Assembly (NCBI GenBank): GCA_963720465.1
Contig: OY970393.1
Coordinates: 704,001 to 768,000, forward strand
DNA from: Methanobacteriota archaeon
GTDB taxonomy: Archaea; Halobacteriota; Bog-38; Methanoflorentales; Methanoflorentaceae
Direction: 5' to 3'
DNA: 64,000 bases
Made by a program: the position numbers and the translations under genes. The notes beneath the pieces were generated by a model. That model worked only from the letters and a program-made list of their open reading frames with translations. It was not told where the DNA came from and did not search any database. Shown here piece by piece: positions 32,696 through 42,616 of this stretch (its first letter is position 1; every line of letters starts with the position of its first letter).

Positions 32696-33313
32696 ATGAT
32701 TGGGCTCTTCGTCTTCGATCTCGGCAACGTCATCCTTCCCTTCGAGCACAGACAAATTACGGTGAAGCTCCACGAAGTCTCCCGAATACAGAACCGTTTT
32801 ACACCTGATGACCTTTTCAGGTTTCTCTTTGATAAAGATCGGGGTTTCGTAAATCCCTACGAAGAAGGCCGCATATCGTCACTGGATTTTTTCGCGAAGA
32901 TCAAAGAGAGATACAAACTGGATCTGAAATTTGAAGAATTCAAAGACATATGGAGCAACATCTTTGAAGAAGATCCCGAAGTTAACGCGATTATTACACA
33001 TCTGAAGAATAAAGGCTACCCGGTTTTTCTTCTCAGCAACACCAACGAACTCCATTTTTCCTACGTTATGGAACGTTATCCCATTATCCATTCCCTCGAC
33101 GAGTGGATTCTCTCATATGAGGTAGGCGCAAGAAAACCTAAGAAAAAGATATTTGATGTCGTCTTCGAGAAGACAGATATCGCACGGGAAGAAACGCTCT
33201 ATATTGATGATATTAAGGCATACGTGGAGGCCGCAAAGACGTATGGTCTTCAGGGTATGCATTTCAAAAACTCAAAAGATTTGTGGGAATTGCTGAAAGA
33301 AAAATGCATGTAA
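32696..33313 (+). CDS. HAD-family phosphatase
   Basis: FDLGNV, LLSNTN, RKP, YIDD. Confidence 0.92.
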   Translation: MIGLFVFDLGNVILPFEHRQITVKLHEVSRIQNRFTPDDLFRFLFDKDRGFVNPYEEGRISSLDFFAKIKERYKLDLKFEEFKDIWSNIFEEDPEVNAIITHLKNKGYPVFLLSNTNELHFSYVMERYPIIHSLDEWILSYEVGARKPKKKIFDVVFEKTDIAREETLYIDDIKAYVEAAKTYGLQGMHFKNSKDLWELLKEKCM

Positions 33314-33322
33314 GTAACAGAT

Positions 33323-33550
33323 TCAGGTGTTATTTTTCAATATCAAGCACTGAACGACGCGATACCAAACAACTAAATTCTTAAGCGCGTCTAACAGTGC
33401 TTTCCGCTCAACTGAGTCAATCGGGTATATGTAAAAATCGACGCCTTCGCCCCTACCGCATCCTTTTCGTTCTATCTCAACGTAGGCATATAATTCCAAC
33501 TCAGCAATGAGTGGGCTCACTCGCTTTAATAAGCAGGTCGCTAAGATCAT
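33323..33550 (-). pseudogene. Cdc6/Orc1-like winged-helix C-terminal remnant
   Basis: KRVSPLIAELELYAYVEIERKGCGRGEGV resembles the Cdc6 motif RVSxLIxELxxxGxxxxxxxGxGRG. Confidence 0.55.
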
Positions 33551-33580
33551 TCGTCGAAGATCGATAGCGAGACGCGGTCA

Positions 33581-33613
33581 GAAAATGCCTCTAAAAACGC
33601 TAAATCCTCCGTC
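33581..33613 (+). mobile_element. N-domain 3' end G, broken at the start of the att core
   Basis: GAAAATGCCTCTAAAAACGCTAAATCCTCCGTC resembles the AAATCCTCCGTC end of copy F and the TCTAAAAAC..GCTAAA end of copy D. Confidence 0.5.
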
Positions 33614-34383
33614 CATATCAGGCGAGGGCCTCATCCTCACGGAGATCTAGCTAACGGAAATTCAAGAGCGAACAAAGTCCCCTTTTTTATGTAAACCTAA
33701 ATTCCAGCGCGATAGCGCAACGGCGCCAAGTGCTAGCGCAACCCCCCACGCGGGCCACGCTACCGGAGCTTGCTGTTCAGCTCGGCTCAGCTCGGAGCGA
33801 CAGCATTGAGCATCGTTAATCGAATCACATATCGTGCACTTAGCATCCCCATTCGCTGCCCCTTCTTGGATACCGGCGCTCACTTCGCTCGGATCACTAT
33901 ATGGCGGCGTATTGCTTGATTGCTTGAACTATCTCGTCTCCGTCGCTGTCTTTGTTGCTGTCCGCAGAGTTATGTCTGGCTGTCTGTTATCTCGGCCGTT
34001 CTAATATCCACTGTAAGTCCACATAACTATCCGATGAGTACTATAGAGCTTACCGATAGGGGCGACGAATCCTGCCGGGCCCACTATCCTTTTTTGCAAA
34101 ACTAGACGTGCGTAATGTTGAACTTGAGTAAAGCCCTGTAGCTAAAGACATAGAAGAAATGCTTAGCGAGGACGAAGAATAGAGCTGGCGTTCTTGCTAG
34201 CCGATGAATTGGACCTGACTCTTGTCTTCAGATTGAGATTAAGAAACAAACCGGGCCTAGCGCATAGCACCTGCGACAAGATTGCAGAGAATCTCATGCG
34301 GGCTGCGGTTACGATATATTTGCAATCCAGCTCGCAGGGGGTATCCTCTACCCGTTTAGGGTTGTACTCACGCCCAAATGCTT

Positions 34384-34950
34384 CTACCAGATATCTTCCG
34401 CGGTCTCTTGTGTCGTCGACCCGTTCTCCCCCGCACCGTTCGCGCATGCATCAAATGCCGACATCCCCAGTATCGAGCGGTTCTGCCGTGTGCCGTGCGC
34501 GTACGCGCCAATTTCGTTGGCGATTGGCCCAAGCGCCTTTGCCTTTGAGACGATCTTATGCATCGTTTCGGTGAACTTGATTCCCTCTGATGCGGAAATC
34601 TGATCCCAATAGAGCCGTTCGGGATTGATGCCGATTGCTTGTAAGTAGGCTTTGAGATAGGTCGTGCGCATATCGCACGCGTAGTTCCCTTTCAGGTAAT
34701 GGCAGTCGCCGAAGTGACAGCCGAGCACCATGACCATATCGGCGCCGGAAAGGAACGCTTTGACGATGAACAGCGGGTTTATTCGTCCCGTGCACATCAC
34801 CCGAATAACGCGCGCATTCGGCGGGTCCTGCATGCGCGCGGTACCCGCCCCATCCGCGCCCGCGTAAGAGCACCAGTTGCAGCAGAAGGTCAAGATACTA
34901 GGTTCCCATTGCCGCTCGTCCATTTCCGTAGCGTCTTCAGCTTGGCTCAT
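34384..34950 (-). CDS. mvhD: Hydrogenase iron-sulfur subunit MvhD/FlpD
   Basis: FCCNWCSYAGAD, RVMCTGR, GCHFGDCHY, ISASEG. Confidence 0.92.
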   Translation of the reverse strand: MSQAEDATEMDERQWEPSILTFCCNWCSYAGADGAGTARMQDPPNARVIRVMCTGRINPLFIVKAFLSGADMVMVLGCHFGDCHYLKGNYACDMRTTYLKAYLQAIGINPERLYWDQISASEGIKFTETMHKIVSKAKALGPIANEIGAYAHGTRQNRSILGMSAFDACANGAGENGSTTQETAEDIW

Positions 34951-36116
34951 GCTTTCACCTCGGCAATTTTGGACAGAGGTATCGCGTCAGCCGTCGACTG
35001 TCCCGGCACATATCCCAGCGTCCCTTGAACCGACGATTGTACCATATGGGTGATCGTGGCAAGCGGGATCTTCTTCGGACACACGTTCTCGCACTGGCCG
35101 CAGTTCACACACGACGGACTCACGTGCATCAATCGCGTAAGGTGGAACATCGGGTCAGGCGGCACTGTGTCTTTAGGCACCACGAACTCTTGCTTCGTAA
35201 AGCATTCAACACACGAGCATATCGGGCACACGTCGATACACTCCCGACAGCCATCACACTTATCAAATTGGGCGAACAGTCTCTCGAATTTGTGCTCGCC
35301 GTCAAATTGGGCAAATTGCGTCGCCATGGCTTTGCGTGCCATCTTCACCATGATGCCGTCCAGCTTCTCGCGTAGGGCTATACCTTGCGGTGGCGCGTCC
35401 TTCAGCGTGATCGCGCCCGCTGCAATCGCAGTATCGAGGAGCTTTTGCCCCTTTTCCGTGCGCACTTCGACAAACGTGACTTTTCCTGCGTCGTCACCGA
35501 TGACGCCCCAGTTGCCGCACGCCAGATCGGCCATGCGCGGTATGTTGTATTCGCATCGTTGGCAGTTCGTGCGTCGGCCGTAACCCTCGGCTTCCAAGTC
35601 ATCGATGGAGAGCTCTTTGTGTTGGCCGTCCTTGGTTATGATGATGAGCTTTCCCTTATCGATCTCCTCTTTTACCACGTCCTCGGGATCAATGTCGAAG
35701 AACTGTCGAATCATCTCACGGGCAGGCCCGGGTAACATCGTCCCGCCGCAGTTGACGCCGATCATATAGACGTTGTCGAGATCGATCTGATTACGTTTGC
35801 TCAACTCGATAATGGCACGCGCGTCACACGGCTTACACGTCACCGCAATGCGCAAATCACGCGCACCATTGAAATCATTCTTTATCAATTTCGCGCTCAG
35901 CGTTGGGGCGCAGTGCAACGAGCCGGCAGCATCCGTTATCTCCTCTTTGGTGGTCGCAAAATAAGGAGCACCGTCATAGATGCTTTCACCTCTTTTGATC
36001 ACCAGCGCTCCGTCCACTAACTTCTGCTCTACCGCGGCTATGAGCACAGCGGTAATCACGCCCCCGCATTCTCCCTGTTCTTGTACTAGCTTATCTGTGG
36101 CTCTTCCGTAATACAT
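34947..36116 (-). CDS. fdhB: Formate dehydrogenase beta subunit (FrhB-like plus ferredoxin)
   Basis: GECGG, AGSLHC, KPCD, GVNCGGT, GRRTNCQRC, ADLACGNWG, CVNCGQCENVCP. Confidence 0.9.
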   Translation of the reverse strand: MYYGRATDKLVQEQGECGGVITAVLIAAVEQKLVDGALVIKRGESIYDGAPYFATTKEEITDAAGSLHCAPTLSAKLIKNDFNGARDLRIAVTCKPCDARAIIELSKRNQIDLDNVYMIGVNCGGTMLPGPAREMIRQFFDIDPEDVVKEEIDKGKLIIITKDGQHKELSIDDLEAEGYGRRTNCQRCEYNIPRMADLACGNWGVIGDDAGKVTFVEVRTEKGQKLLDTAIAAGAITLKDAPPQGIALREKLDGIMVKMARKAMATQFAQFDGEHKFERLFAQFDKCDGCRECIDVCPICSCVECFTKQEFVVPKDTVPPDPMFHLTRLMHVSPSCVNCGQCENVCPKKIPLATITHMVQSSVQGTLGYVPGQSTADAIPLSKIAEVKA

Positions 36117-36249
36117 ATGAGTCGCCTGATTATAATAAAAAATTATATATAATAATATATATATAATTAGTTGCTTTAAAGCTTTTCGATGCCAACGCAC
36201 CGCACTATGAGCTTTTACAAAAATTTAAAACGCGTAATAGTGAGAAGAG

Positions 36250-36648
36250 CGTTGGTTCCGAAAAGCCAGTGCTGCAGGTCGAATCCTCCTAAGACAAAAT
36301 CCGAATGGAAAACTACGTACCTTTGCACCCACAGGTCGTTTCAGCTATTGAAGCTATGCTCGGCGACCGCAAGAACGAAGACCGCGCAGTTGGATATAAC
36401 AGCTTCCAAATGTGGATGAAGCGCCAAGAAATCCCTATGAGTCACTTTGAAGGCATTTTTTGCCAAGCGACTTGCGGAAATTCGCGGAGCAGCACGGCGA
36501 CACAATCGAATGGGAGCAGTCTAATCGAAAGTACGTGCTCACTCACGGCGTCGGAGGGGTAGATTGGAGCCATTACAAGCACCCTCTTCCCGAATCGGTG
36601 CATGATATTTATATGAAGTATTGGGGAGACGTGAGCTTGAAAACCTAA
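36250..36648 (+). pseudogene. Tyrosine recombinase C-terminal remnant (copy H)
   Basis: DKIRMENYVPLHP..DLRKFAEQHGD..WEQSNRKYVLTHGVGGVDWSHYKHP. Confidence 0.9.
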
Positions 36649-36921
36649 CTGAACTGGCTTTTTTTTTGATTTTTTTTAGCTACAGTAAATGCTCTCGGCC
36701 AAACGCAGAAGTCCGGTGCAGTTTGTAAATTATCGTGCGTTTGACCACGGAAGGCATATTAGTCTATATTCTGTCCCTTATTTTACTTCGGTCAGTTGAA
36801 CGACTAGACCGCGACCTTCACGGTTAGGCTGAATGCCTCGCGGCGCGTGGAGCTGCCAGCGCAATAGCGCGACTCAAGCTCCAGCGGCGCATTAATAAAT
36901 CCTTTTTAACCAACGACCCGC

Positions 36922-38187
36922 TCATTGTCGGTATGTCTTCATCACGTAAGCGGCGATAACGAGTCCGACAATAACCAGTCCGACAATAACCAGTCCGACG
37001 ATATTGAGTTCGATAAAAATGGGCGTGACCTCAAAGCCGGACGTCGCATCTTGACTTGGGACCGCGGCTGCGTTGCTGATGGCGTAGACGTTGCCGTCAT
37101 TACTCCCCACGTAAATTACTGGGCTGACGACGGCAGGAGAAGAGAGCACGACGTTTGCGGTCGCGTAACTCCACAGCTTCGCCCCAGTGGTAGCGTTCAG
37201 GGCGTAGACGTTGCCGCCATCACTCCCCACGTACACCGTCCCGTTGGCAACGGCGGGGGATGAGTCAACATAGCTTCCGGTCGTGTAGTTCCACAGCTTC
37301 GCCCCAGTGGTAGCGTTCAGAGCGTAAGTGTTGTTATCATCGCTCCCCACGTAAACCGTGCCGTTGGCGACGGCGGGGGAGGAAGCAACCACATTTCTGG
37401 TCGTGTAGTTCCAGAGCTTCGCGCCTGTGGTGGCGTTGAGAGCGTAGATGTTATGGTCATTACTCCCTACGTAGACCACGCCGTTCACGACGGCAGGGGA
37501 GGAAAGCACAGAGTTTCTGGTCGTGTAGTTCCACAGCTTCGCAGCGGAGGTAGCGTTGAGAGCGTAGATGTTATGGTCATTACTCCCTACGTAGACCACG
37601 CCGTTCACGACGGCAGGGGAGGAAAGCACAGAGTTTCTGGTCGTGTAGTTCCAGAGCTTCGCTCCTGTGGTGGCGTTGAGAGCGTAGACTTTGCCATCTT
37701 CGCTGCCGACGATGACCACACCGTTCACGACGGCGGGGGAGGAGTGAACGTAGCTTTTGGTCGTGTAGTTCCAGAGCTTCGCGCCTGTGGTGGCGTTGAG
37801 GGCGTAGATGTTATGGTCATTACTCCCTACGTAGACCACGCCGTTGACGACGGCGGGGGAGGAAAGCACAGCGTCTCCGGTCGTGTAGTTCCACAGCTTC
37901 GCAGCGGAGGTAGCGTTGATAGCGTAGATGTTATGGTCATTACTCCCCACGTAGACCACCCCGTTGACGACGGCGGGTGAGGAACCCACATAGCCTCCCG
38001 TCGCGACGCTCCACGTCAGAGGGCCATTCGACCTCCCTGCCACAGGACAGTAGTCGCCGCTATGCGCCGCATTATACCGATATTGCATTGTATCGTGCTG
38101 TGCCACTGCAGGAACCGAAGAGCCTGCGAGCAAGACGGTAATGAGAAGAATGACTGCAGCAAATGAGACGATTTTGGATACGCGCAT
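36922..38187 (-). CDS. Secreted PQQ-like beta-propeller repeat protein with C-terminal anchor
   Basis: About eight 40-aa repeats SSPAVVNGVVYVGSNDHNIYALNATTGAKLWNYTT (120-bp DNA repeats); signal peptide; SGFE plus TM tail, PGF-CTERM-like. Confidence 0.92.
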   Translation of the reverse strand: MRVSKIVSFAAVILLITVLLAGSSVPAVAQHDTMQYRYNAAHSGDYCPVAGRSNGPLTWSVATGGYVGSSPAVVNGVVYVGSNDHNIYAINATSAAKLWNYTTGDAVLSSPAVVNGVVYVGSNDHNIYALNATTGAKLWNYTTKSYVHSSPAVVNGVVIVGSEDGKVYALNATTGAKLWNYTTRNSVLSSPAVVNGVVYVGSNDHNIYALNATSAAKLWNYTTRNSVLSSPAVVNGVVYVGSNDHNIYALNATTGAKLWNYTTRNVVASSPAVANGTVYVGSDDNNTYALNATTGAKLWNYTTGSYVDSSPAVANGTVYVGSDGGNVYALNATTGAKLWSYATANVVLSSPAVVSPVIYVGSNDGNVYAISNAAAVPSQDATSGFEVTPIFIELNIVGLVIVGLVIVGLVIAAYVMKTYRQ

Positions 38188-38289
38188 TGTTCTTAGAACG
38201 TTCGTTGACGCACCGAGAACGTGTCAGACATACGATAAAGGCTCCGATTTGAAAGCGATAGGAGAGGCAGCACTTAAGGAAATCTGCGC

Positions 38290-38547
38290 TCACGACTGTT
38301 CATACGCATAGCCGTATTCGCGAGCCTGACGTATTTGCACTTGTATCCTTTTGATAATCCGCCGCAACTGCTGACGTGTGCTGTCAGGAAGCGACGAGTC
38401 GTGCACGCGGTCTTGCAGGTACCGGTAAGCTTCCCAACTGGTCGAGCACTTCCTAAAAAGTTTTTCGGCAGCCATATCGGCATAGTCGTTTTTAAAGTCC
38501 GCAATTTCAAGAATGAGTTCATCGACCTCTATACAATCGTTATTCAC
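38290..38547 (-). CDS. Small hypothetical protein (family with three copies in the window)
   Basis: NNDC..KNDYADMAAEKLFRKCSTSWEAY; fragments at 13852 and about 62455-62600. Confidence 0.65.
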   Translation of the reverse strand: MNNDCIEVDELILEIADFKNDYADMAAEKLFRKCSTSWEAYRYLQDRVHDSSLPDSTRQQLRRIIKRIQVQIRQAREYGYAYEQS

Positions 38548-38834
38548 GGTGTGAGATAGCGGGTTTATCTGGGTAATTGTTAGCTAGAAGTGGAGCGAAA
38601 ATGTAGTCAAATTCAGGCCATTGTGCACGACGTTTTAAAGCACGCAACAACGGCCTTTATTTGCCATCGCGCCGATTCTGGTAATCAGTTACTTAGTAAG
38701 CACATAACGCTGCATAGCGCCACCATGCTGGTGATAGTACGCGTGAAGAAGAATGGAAAATAGGACGAGACGAACCCGAAGGCGGAAACTCCCTTGTAAG
38801 AGACGAACATAAGATCGCCAAACAGAATGAAGAA

Positions 38835-39431
38835 TTGTGGGACTCGAGAGCCGAAACGTATGACACCCGTTTTAGTTTTACACGCTGGACACAGAAGAAA
38901 CTGGTCTCTCTACTGCAGTTGGGCGATAATCCTTATCTTCTGGACCTTGCGTGTGGCACGGGCTGGGCTCTCCAGTATGCTGCTAATCGAACCAATGGGC
39001 AAGGCGAGTTTTACGGCGTCGATAATTCATCAAAGATGATTGCACAGGCACAAGCCAAATCTCAAAGCTGCGGCAGCCTGCATTTTTATAAAGCAAGAGT
39101 TGAGGCGCTCCCCTTCGACGACGACTTCTTCCATGTCGTTATGTCTTCCAACGCCTTCCATCACTTTTCAAACCCCGAAAAGGCACTTAGAGAGGCGAAC
39201 AGAGTGTTGAAGCCGAAAGGTAAGCTATACATTTTGGATATCACAGCCAACAACCCCTTTATGAGGCTCTTGGACAGATTCAGCCGTAAGGTGGAGCCAG
39301 CCCACGTCAAACTGTATTCAAGAAAGGAGTTTGAGGCCTTATTTGGAAGAGCCGGGCTATGTTATATTACGAGTAAACGCATCATTCCAGCAATCGAAGT
39401 TCATATAGCTGAGAAATCAAAATGTCTTTAG
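38835..39431 (+). CDS. Class I SAM methyltransferase (UbiE-like)
   Basis: LDLACGTG, GVDNS, EALPF, NAFHHF, RVLKPKG; start uncertain. Confidence 0.88.
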   Translation: MWDSRAETYDTRFSFTRWTQKKLVSLLQLGDNPYLLDLACGTGWALQYAANRTNGQGEFYGVDNSSKMIAQAQAKSQSCGSLHFYKARVEALPFDDDFFHVVMSSNAFHHFSNPEKALREANRVLKPKGKLYILDITANNPFMRLLDRFSRKVEPAHVKLYSRKEFEALFGRAGLCYITSKRIIPAIEVHIAEKSKCL

Positions 39432-39701
39432 TTTTAAAGGAGTGAGAAAAAATAAATTGCGAAGAGAAACTAAAAATCCTGATGGATGCTTGCGAGCAGG
39501 CATTAATGTACGGTTGGGAAGATAATTTCAATTGGAGAGAGGACAAGCCTAGTGCTTTTTGGGATGAAAAAGAAGCTTGGACAATCATAAAAGAAGCGTT
39601 TGTTAAGGTTGAAGACGACAAAAAATGATAGCGCCATAACGTGTGAAAAAGGCGTTTGCTCAATGGGTTAACAGATATTTGACGTGTTTCCTTATCCGGT
39701 T

Positions 39702-39863
39702 CTACCTTCTTCCTTCCCTGAAATGTGAAACAAGAGCGTTGAGAGCTTCCACATCATCTAGGCTAATCTGGCACTTTTCAAAGGTTTTGGTTTTCACTTC
39801 TTCAAGCACACGGCTTAGCAAGTCAGCTTCGCCGTCTGTCAGAACTAACGCCTTGGTGAGTAT
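39702..39863 (-). pseudogene. Paralog of 15600-15851 with ATA at the start position
   Basis: GGAGGGAG Shine-Dalgarno, then ILTKALVLTDGEADLLSRVLEEVKTK..SLDDVEALNALVS. Confidence 0.65.
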
Positions 39864-40351
39864 TTTCTCCCTCCCACTCGGTGCTAATCACATGGATTGC
39901 ATAGCATATTGCATATTTGCTTTGTTCTGATGGCCTTTCTGTCGACAAAGCGGCCTCTATTTTAGCCTCGAGAAGCTTGAAGCTTTCAAATTTAAATGAA
40001 TCAACACAAGAAGCTCTGAATAGTCGAGAACGTCTGTAATGTAAGCAATATGGAACATGCTTTCTATCGCCGCGCAATCTGCAGCGAGTGTAGTTTCCGC
40101 ATCTCTTGCAGTTCACCGAGGGTGCATCCCTTGACGAACGACGCCACCTTGTCCAGTTCGTGATAGACGTTCTGCAGAGCACAGCGCAAAAAGACCATGC
40201 TGCGCGCGGTGTGAAACTGAATTTGTGATAAAAAAGAAGAGACTCGCAGGCGATTACGGGCGCTTCCTTCAATAATTTGAGAAAACTTCTTAAATGCACA
40301 AGTCTTTATAAGCAAATCCAGCGCGGCTGGTCAGCAAAGCAGGTGATTAAG

Positions 40352-40771
40352 ATGAAATTCAACTTAGATGTCGTTACGATTCTGTCGCACATCGATGAAC
40401 TATCGAGAGTCCACAGTACGATTGTGATGGCGGGATTAGCCGATACCCTTAAAAATGCCCAAGGGATTACGCTTTTTGCTCCTGAGAACGAAGCATTCGA
40501 TAAGCTTCAAGGAAGCACGATAATGAGTGCGCTCGAAGACGCTGACAAAGCGAAGAACATCTTGACCTATCACGTCGTTCCAGAGAGGCTTGTGGCCTCG
40601 AACTTGCGCAAGGAAAAAAGCGTTACTACCATGCAAGGCGCAACGCTCAAGATTGAGGAGCAGCGCTGGTTGCGCCACGGCATAAAGGTCAATGACGCGG
40701 TGGTAAAAGAGGCCGATATTGAAGGCAGCAACGGTGTCATCCACATTATTGATACTGTCTTAGTGCCGTAG
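40352..40771 (+). CDS. Fasciclin (FAS1) domain protein
   Basis: TLFAPENEAF, ILTYHVV, NGVIHIIDTVL. Confidence 0.92.
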   Translation: MKFNLDVVTILSHIDELSRVHSTIVMAGLADTLKNAQGITLFAPENEAFDKLQGSTIMSALEDADKAKNILTYHVVPERLVASNLRKEKSVTTMQGATLKIEEQRWLRHGIKVNDAVVKEADIEGSNGVIHIIDTVLVP

Positions 40772-41309
40772 TATCGTGGCTTTACTCTCTCCTGCCGGGG
40801 CTAAAACACATGGACCGCATGACATGTTTCATGTGTGATTTTTTCTAATGGCGATATTAGCGTCAAAATGGCCGCCGGGTTAGTCTCTGATATAGCGCGG
40901 GGGCTCTACAGCGTCAAGGTGCGCTCGCGGCCCTGCTAGAATCGACGTGACAAACCCAGTGAGGGTCTGGGCAAGCTGGTCTTTCAAGCGCAAATGTGCG
41001 CAAATACGATCCTTTTGAGTTTATCCAATGAGTCGCTATATTTCACCCATGCAACCAACCGCTCCTTGGTTTTACCACGCCTGCTTATACTCATAAAATT
41101 GTGAAACCTTAAAGCGCCATAATCTGACAACTACGCATATATCTTTGTAACAGCGCTTTGTTACAACGGCCTGTCTGCAGGGTCGCAATTGACGAAAGAA
41201 GGCAATATTGACGAGATTAAGCAACACAAGCTATAAGAGCGAGCAACTCATAGCTTTTGCTAGGAAGCACGGAACTTCGGTTGCTCGAACGCGTCAAGTG
41301 GCGATTCTG

Positions 41310-42200
41310 ATGTCCACATCCGACTTCGGGCCGGTCTATACCGACGCTACTCTTTTTGATACACTATGCCAAACGCTGGAATCAGATCTCGCGAAAGAAG
41401 CGTGCAAAACTCTTAAGAAAGCTGTCGCTGATCCAATTTGCGCTGCTGTTAAACAGAGCATCCGCGATTCATTGCGCACTGAAGACGCGCACGACGGCAC
41501 AACGCATTATAGCGCTGAAACAACCCCCGCTCGGTTCGGCACCACGTTCGAGAACACGATATCCCGTGCAGTGTGTGCGGCGCTCAAGCAGGCGATGGAC
41601 GACACCGCGTGCAGCACTCTTAAGAGCACAATTCACCACAGCTTCGAGCTCGCGCTCGGGAGAGAGCACATAGAAGACGTGCGTTTCGTCCCCTCGATGA
41701 CTCCCCAACTTATCGACTCTTTCTGCACATCTCTTGAACAGATCACGGGAAATGCCGTATGCGCTGCATTGAAGCAGGCAATGGACGACACTGTTTGCGC
41801 CGCTCTTAAAAAGGGCGTCCAAAGCTCGTTCGCGCAGCTAGCGGGCCACAATCGCCGAGAGGATGACATCGCCGAGATTCCGGAGCTGTGGCTCGACCGC
41901 GAATTTACGTGGCGAGCGGCGGCTGATGACGATGGCGCTACAGACGCATTTGGCAGGGTAGAGGACGCCGTCGTTAAAGTGGTCTGCAATCGACTAAAAG
42001 CAGCAGTGACGAGCACGCTCTGCAGACTTCTCCAACAAACGATCAAAGATACTGTCGAAAAGCACTCGACGGAATGCAAGGCAAAATGTCAACGAGACGT
42101 TGAGCAGCCTAGGGCCTACGAACGATCACGAATACCCATGCGTCGATTGCACTCGTTTTTACGGTTGGTTTGGTCGTCGTGTTGCTTGCTGCCATACTAG
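41310..42200 (+). CDS. Cys-periodic helical repeat protein
   Basis: Four blocks with Cys every 12 residues (CAALKQAMDDTxC). Confidence 0.7.
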   Translation: MSTSDFGPVYTDATLFDTLCQTLESDLAKEACKTLKKAVADPICAAVKQSIRDSLRTEDAHDGTTHYSAETTPARFGTTFENTISRAVCAALKQAMDDTACSTLKSTIHHSFELALGREHIEDVRFVPSMTPQLIDSFCTSLEQITGNAVCAALKQAMDDTVCAALKKGVQSSFAQLAGHNRREDDIAEIPELWLDREFTWRAAADDDGATDAFGRVEDAVVKVVCNRLKAAVTSTLCRLLQQTIKDTVEKHSTECKAKCQRDVEQPRAYERSRIPMRRLHSFLRLVWSSCCLLPY

Positions 42201-42616
42201 CTCCAGGCGCTCTTCCCCCCACTACCGTTAGTAGCTCTAGCAGCCCCAATCCTCCTAGTAATAATATTATCCTAAGAAACCCCAGTGCCCCCAGGCCTCC
42301 CAGTAATGCCACTGCTACTGCCACTCCTACTGCCACGCCTACTGCCTCGCCCGTGATATAAGCGGCTGTCGAGATGCCTGTTAAGCACGTGTTAGGCGCT
42401 AATTTCAGCAATGGCAGGTGCAATGTTCCTTTGGCTGCCGACCTTTCATCCTGTTGGGATAGAATCACAAGCAATCAAGTAGCTGAACAAGTAGCGCTTA
42501 AATTATAGGCTCCCCCTTCCCTGGTAACCAGTGCGAGATTGCTTCTAGCAAAAAAACCTAATAGCATCGGGCAAACTAAACGCTTTATCTTGTCGGATGC
42601 ATTCTTTTTAGTTGTT

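Noticed and set aside
34340-34390. Pyrrolysine readthrough of the mvhD TAG, or of in-frame TAGs in the int remnants
   Set aside because: There are no pyl genes in the window. The stops co-occur with frameshifts or fall at conserved Trp codons (TGG to TAG).
37080-38000. CRISPR array
   Set aside because: The 120-bp units are in-frame coding repeats with no unique spacers, and there are no cas genes.
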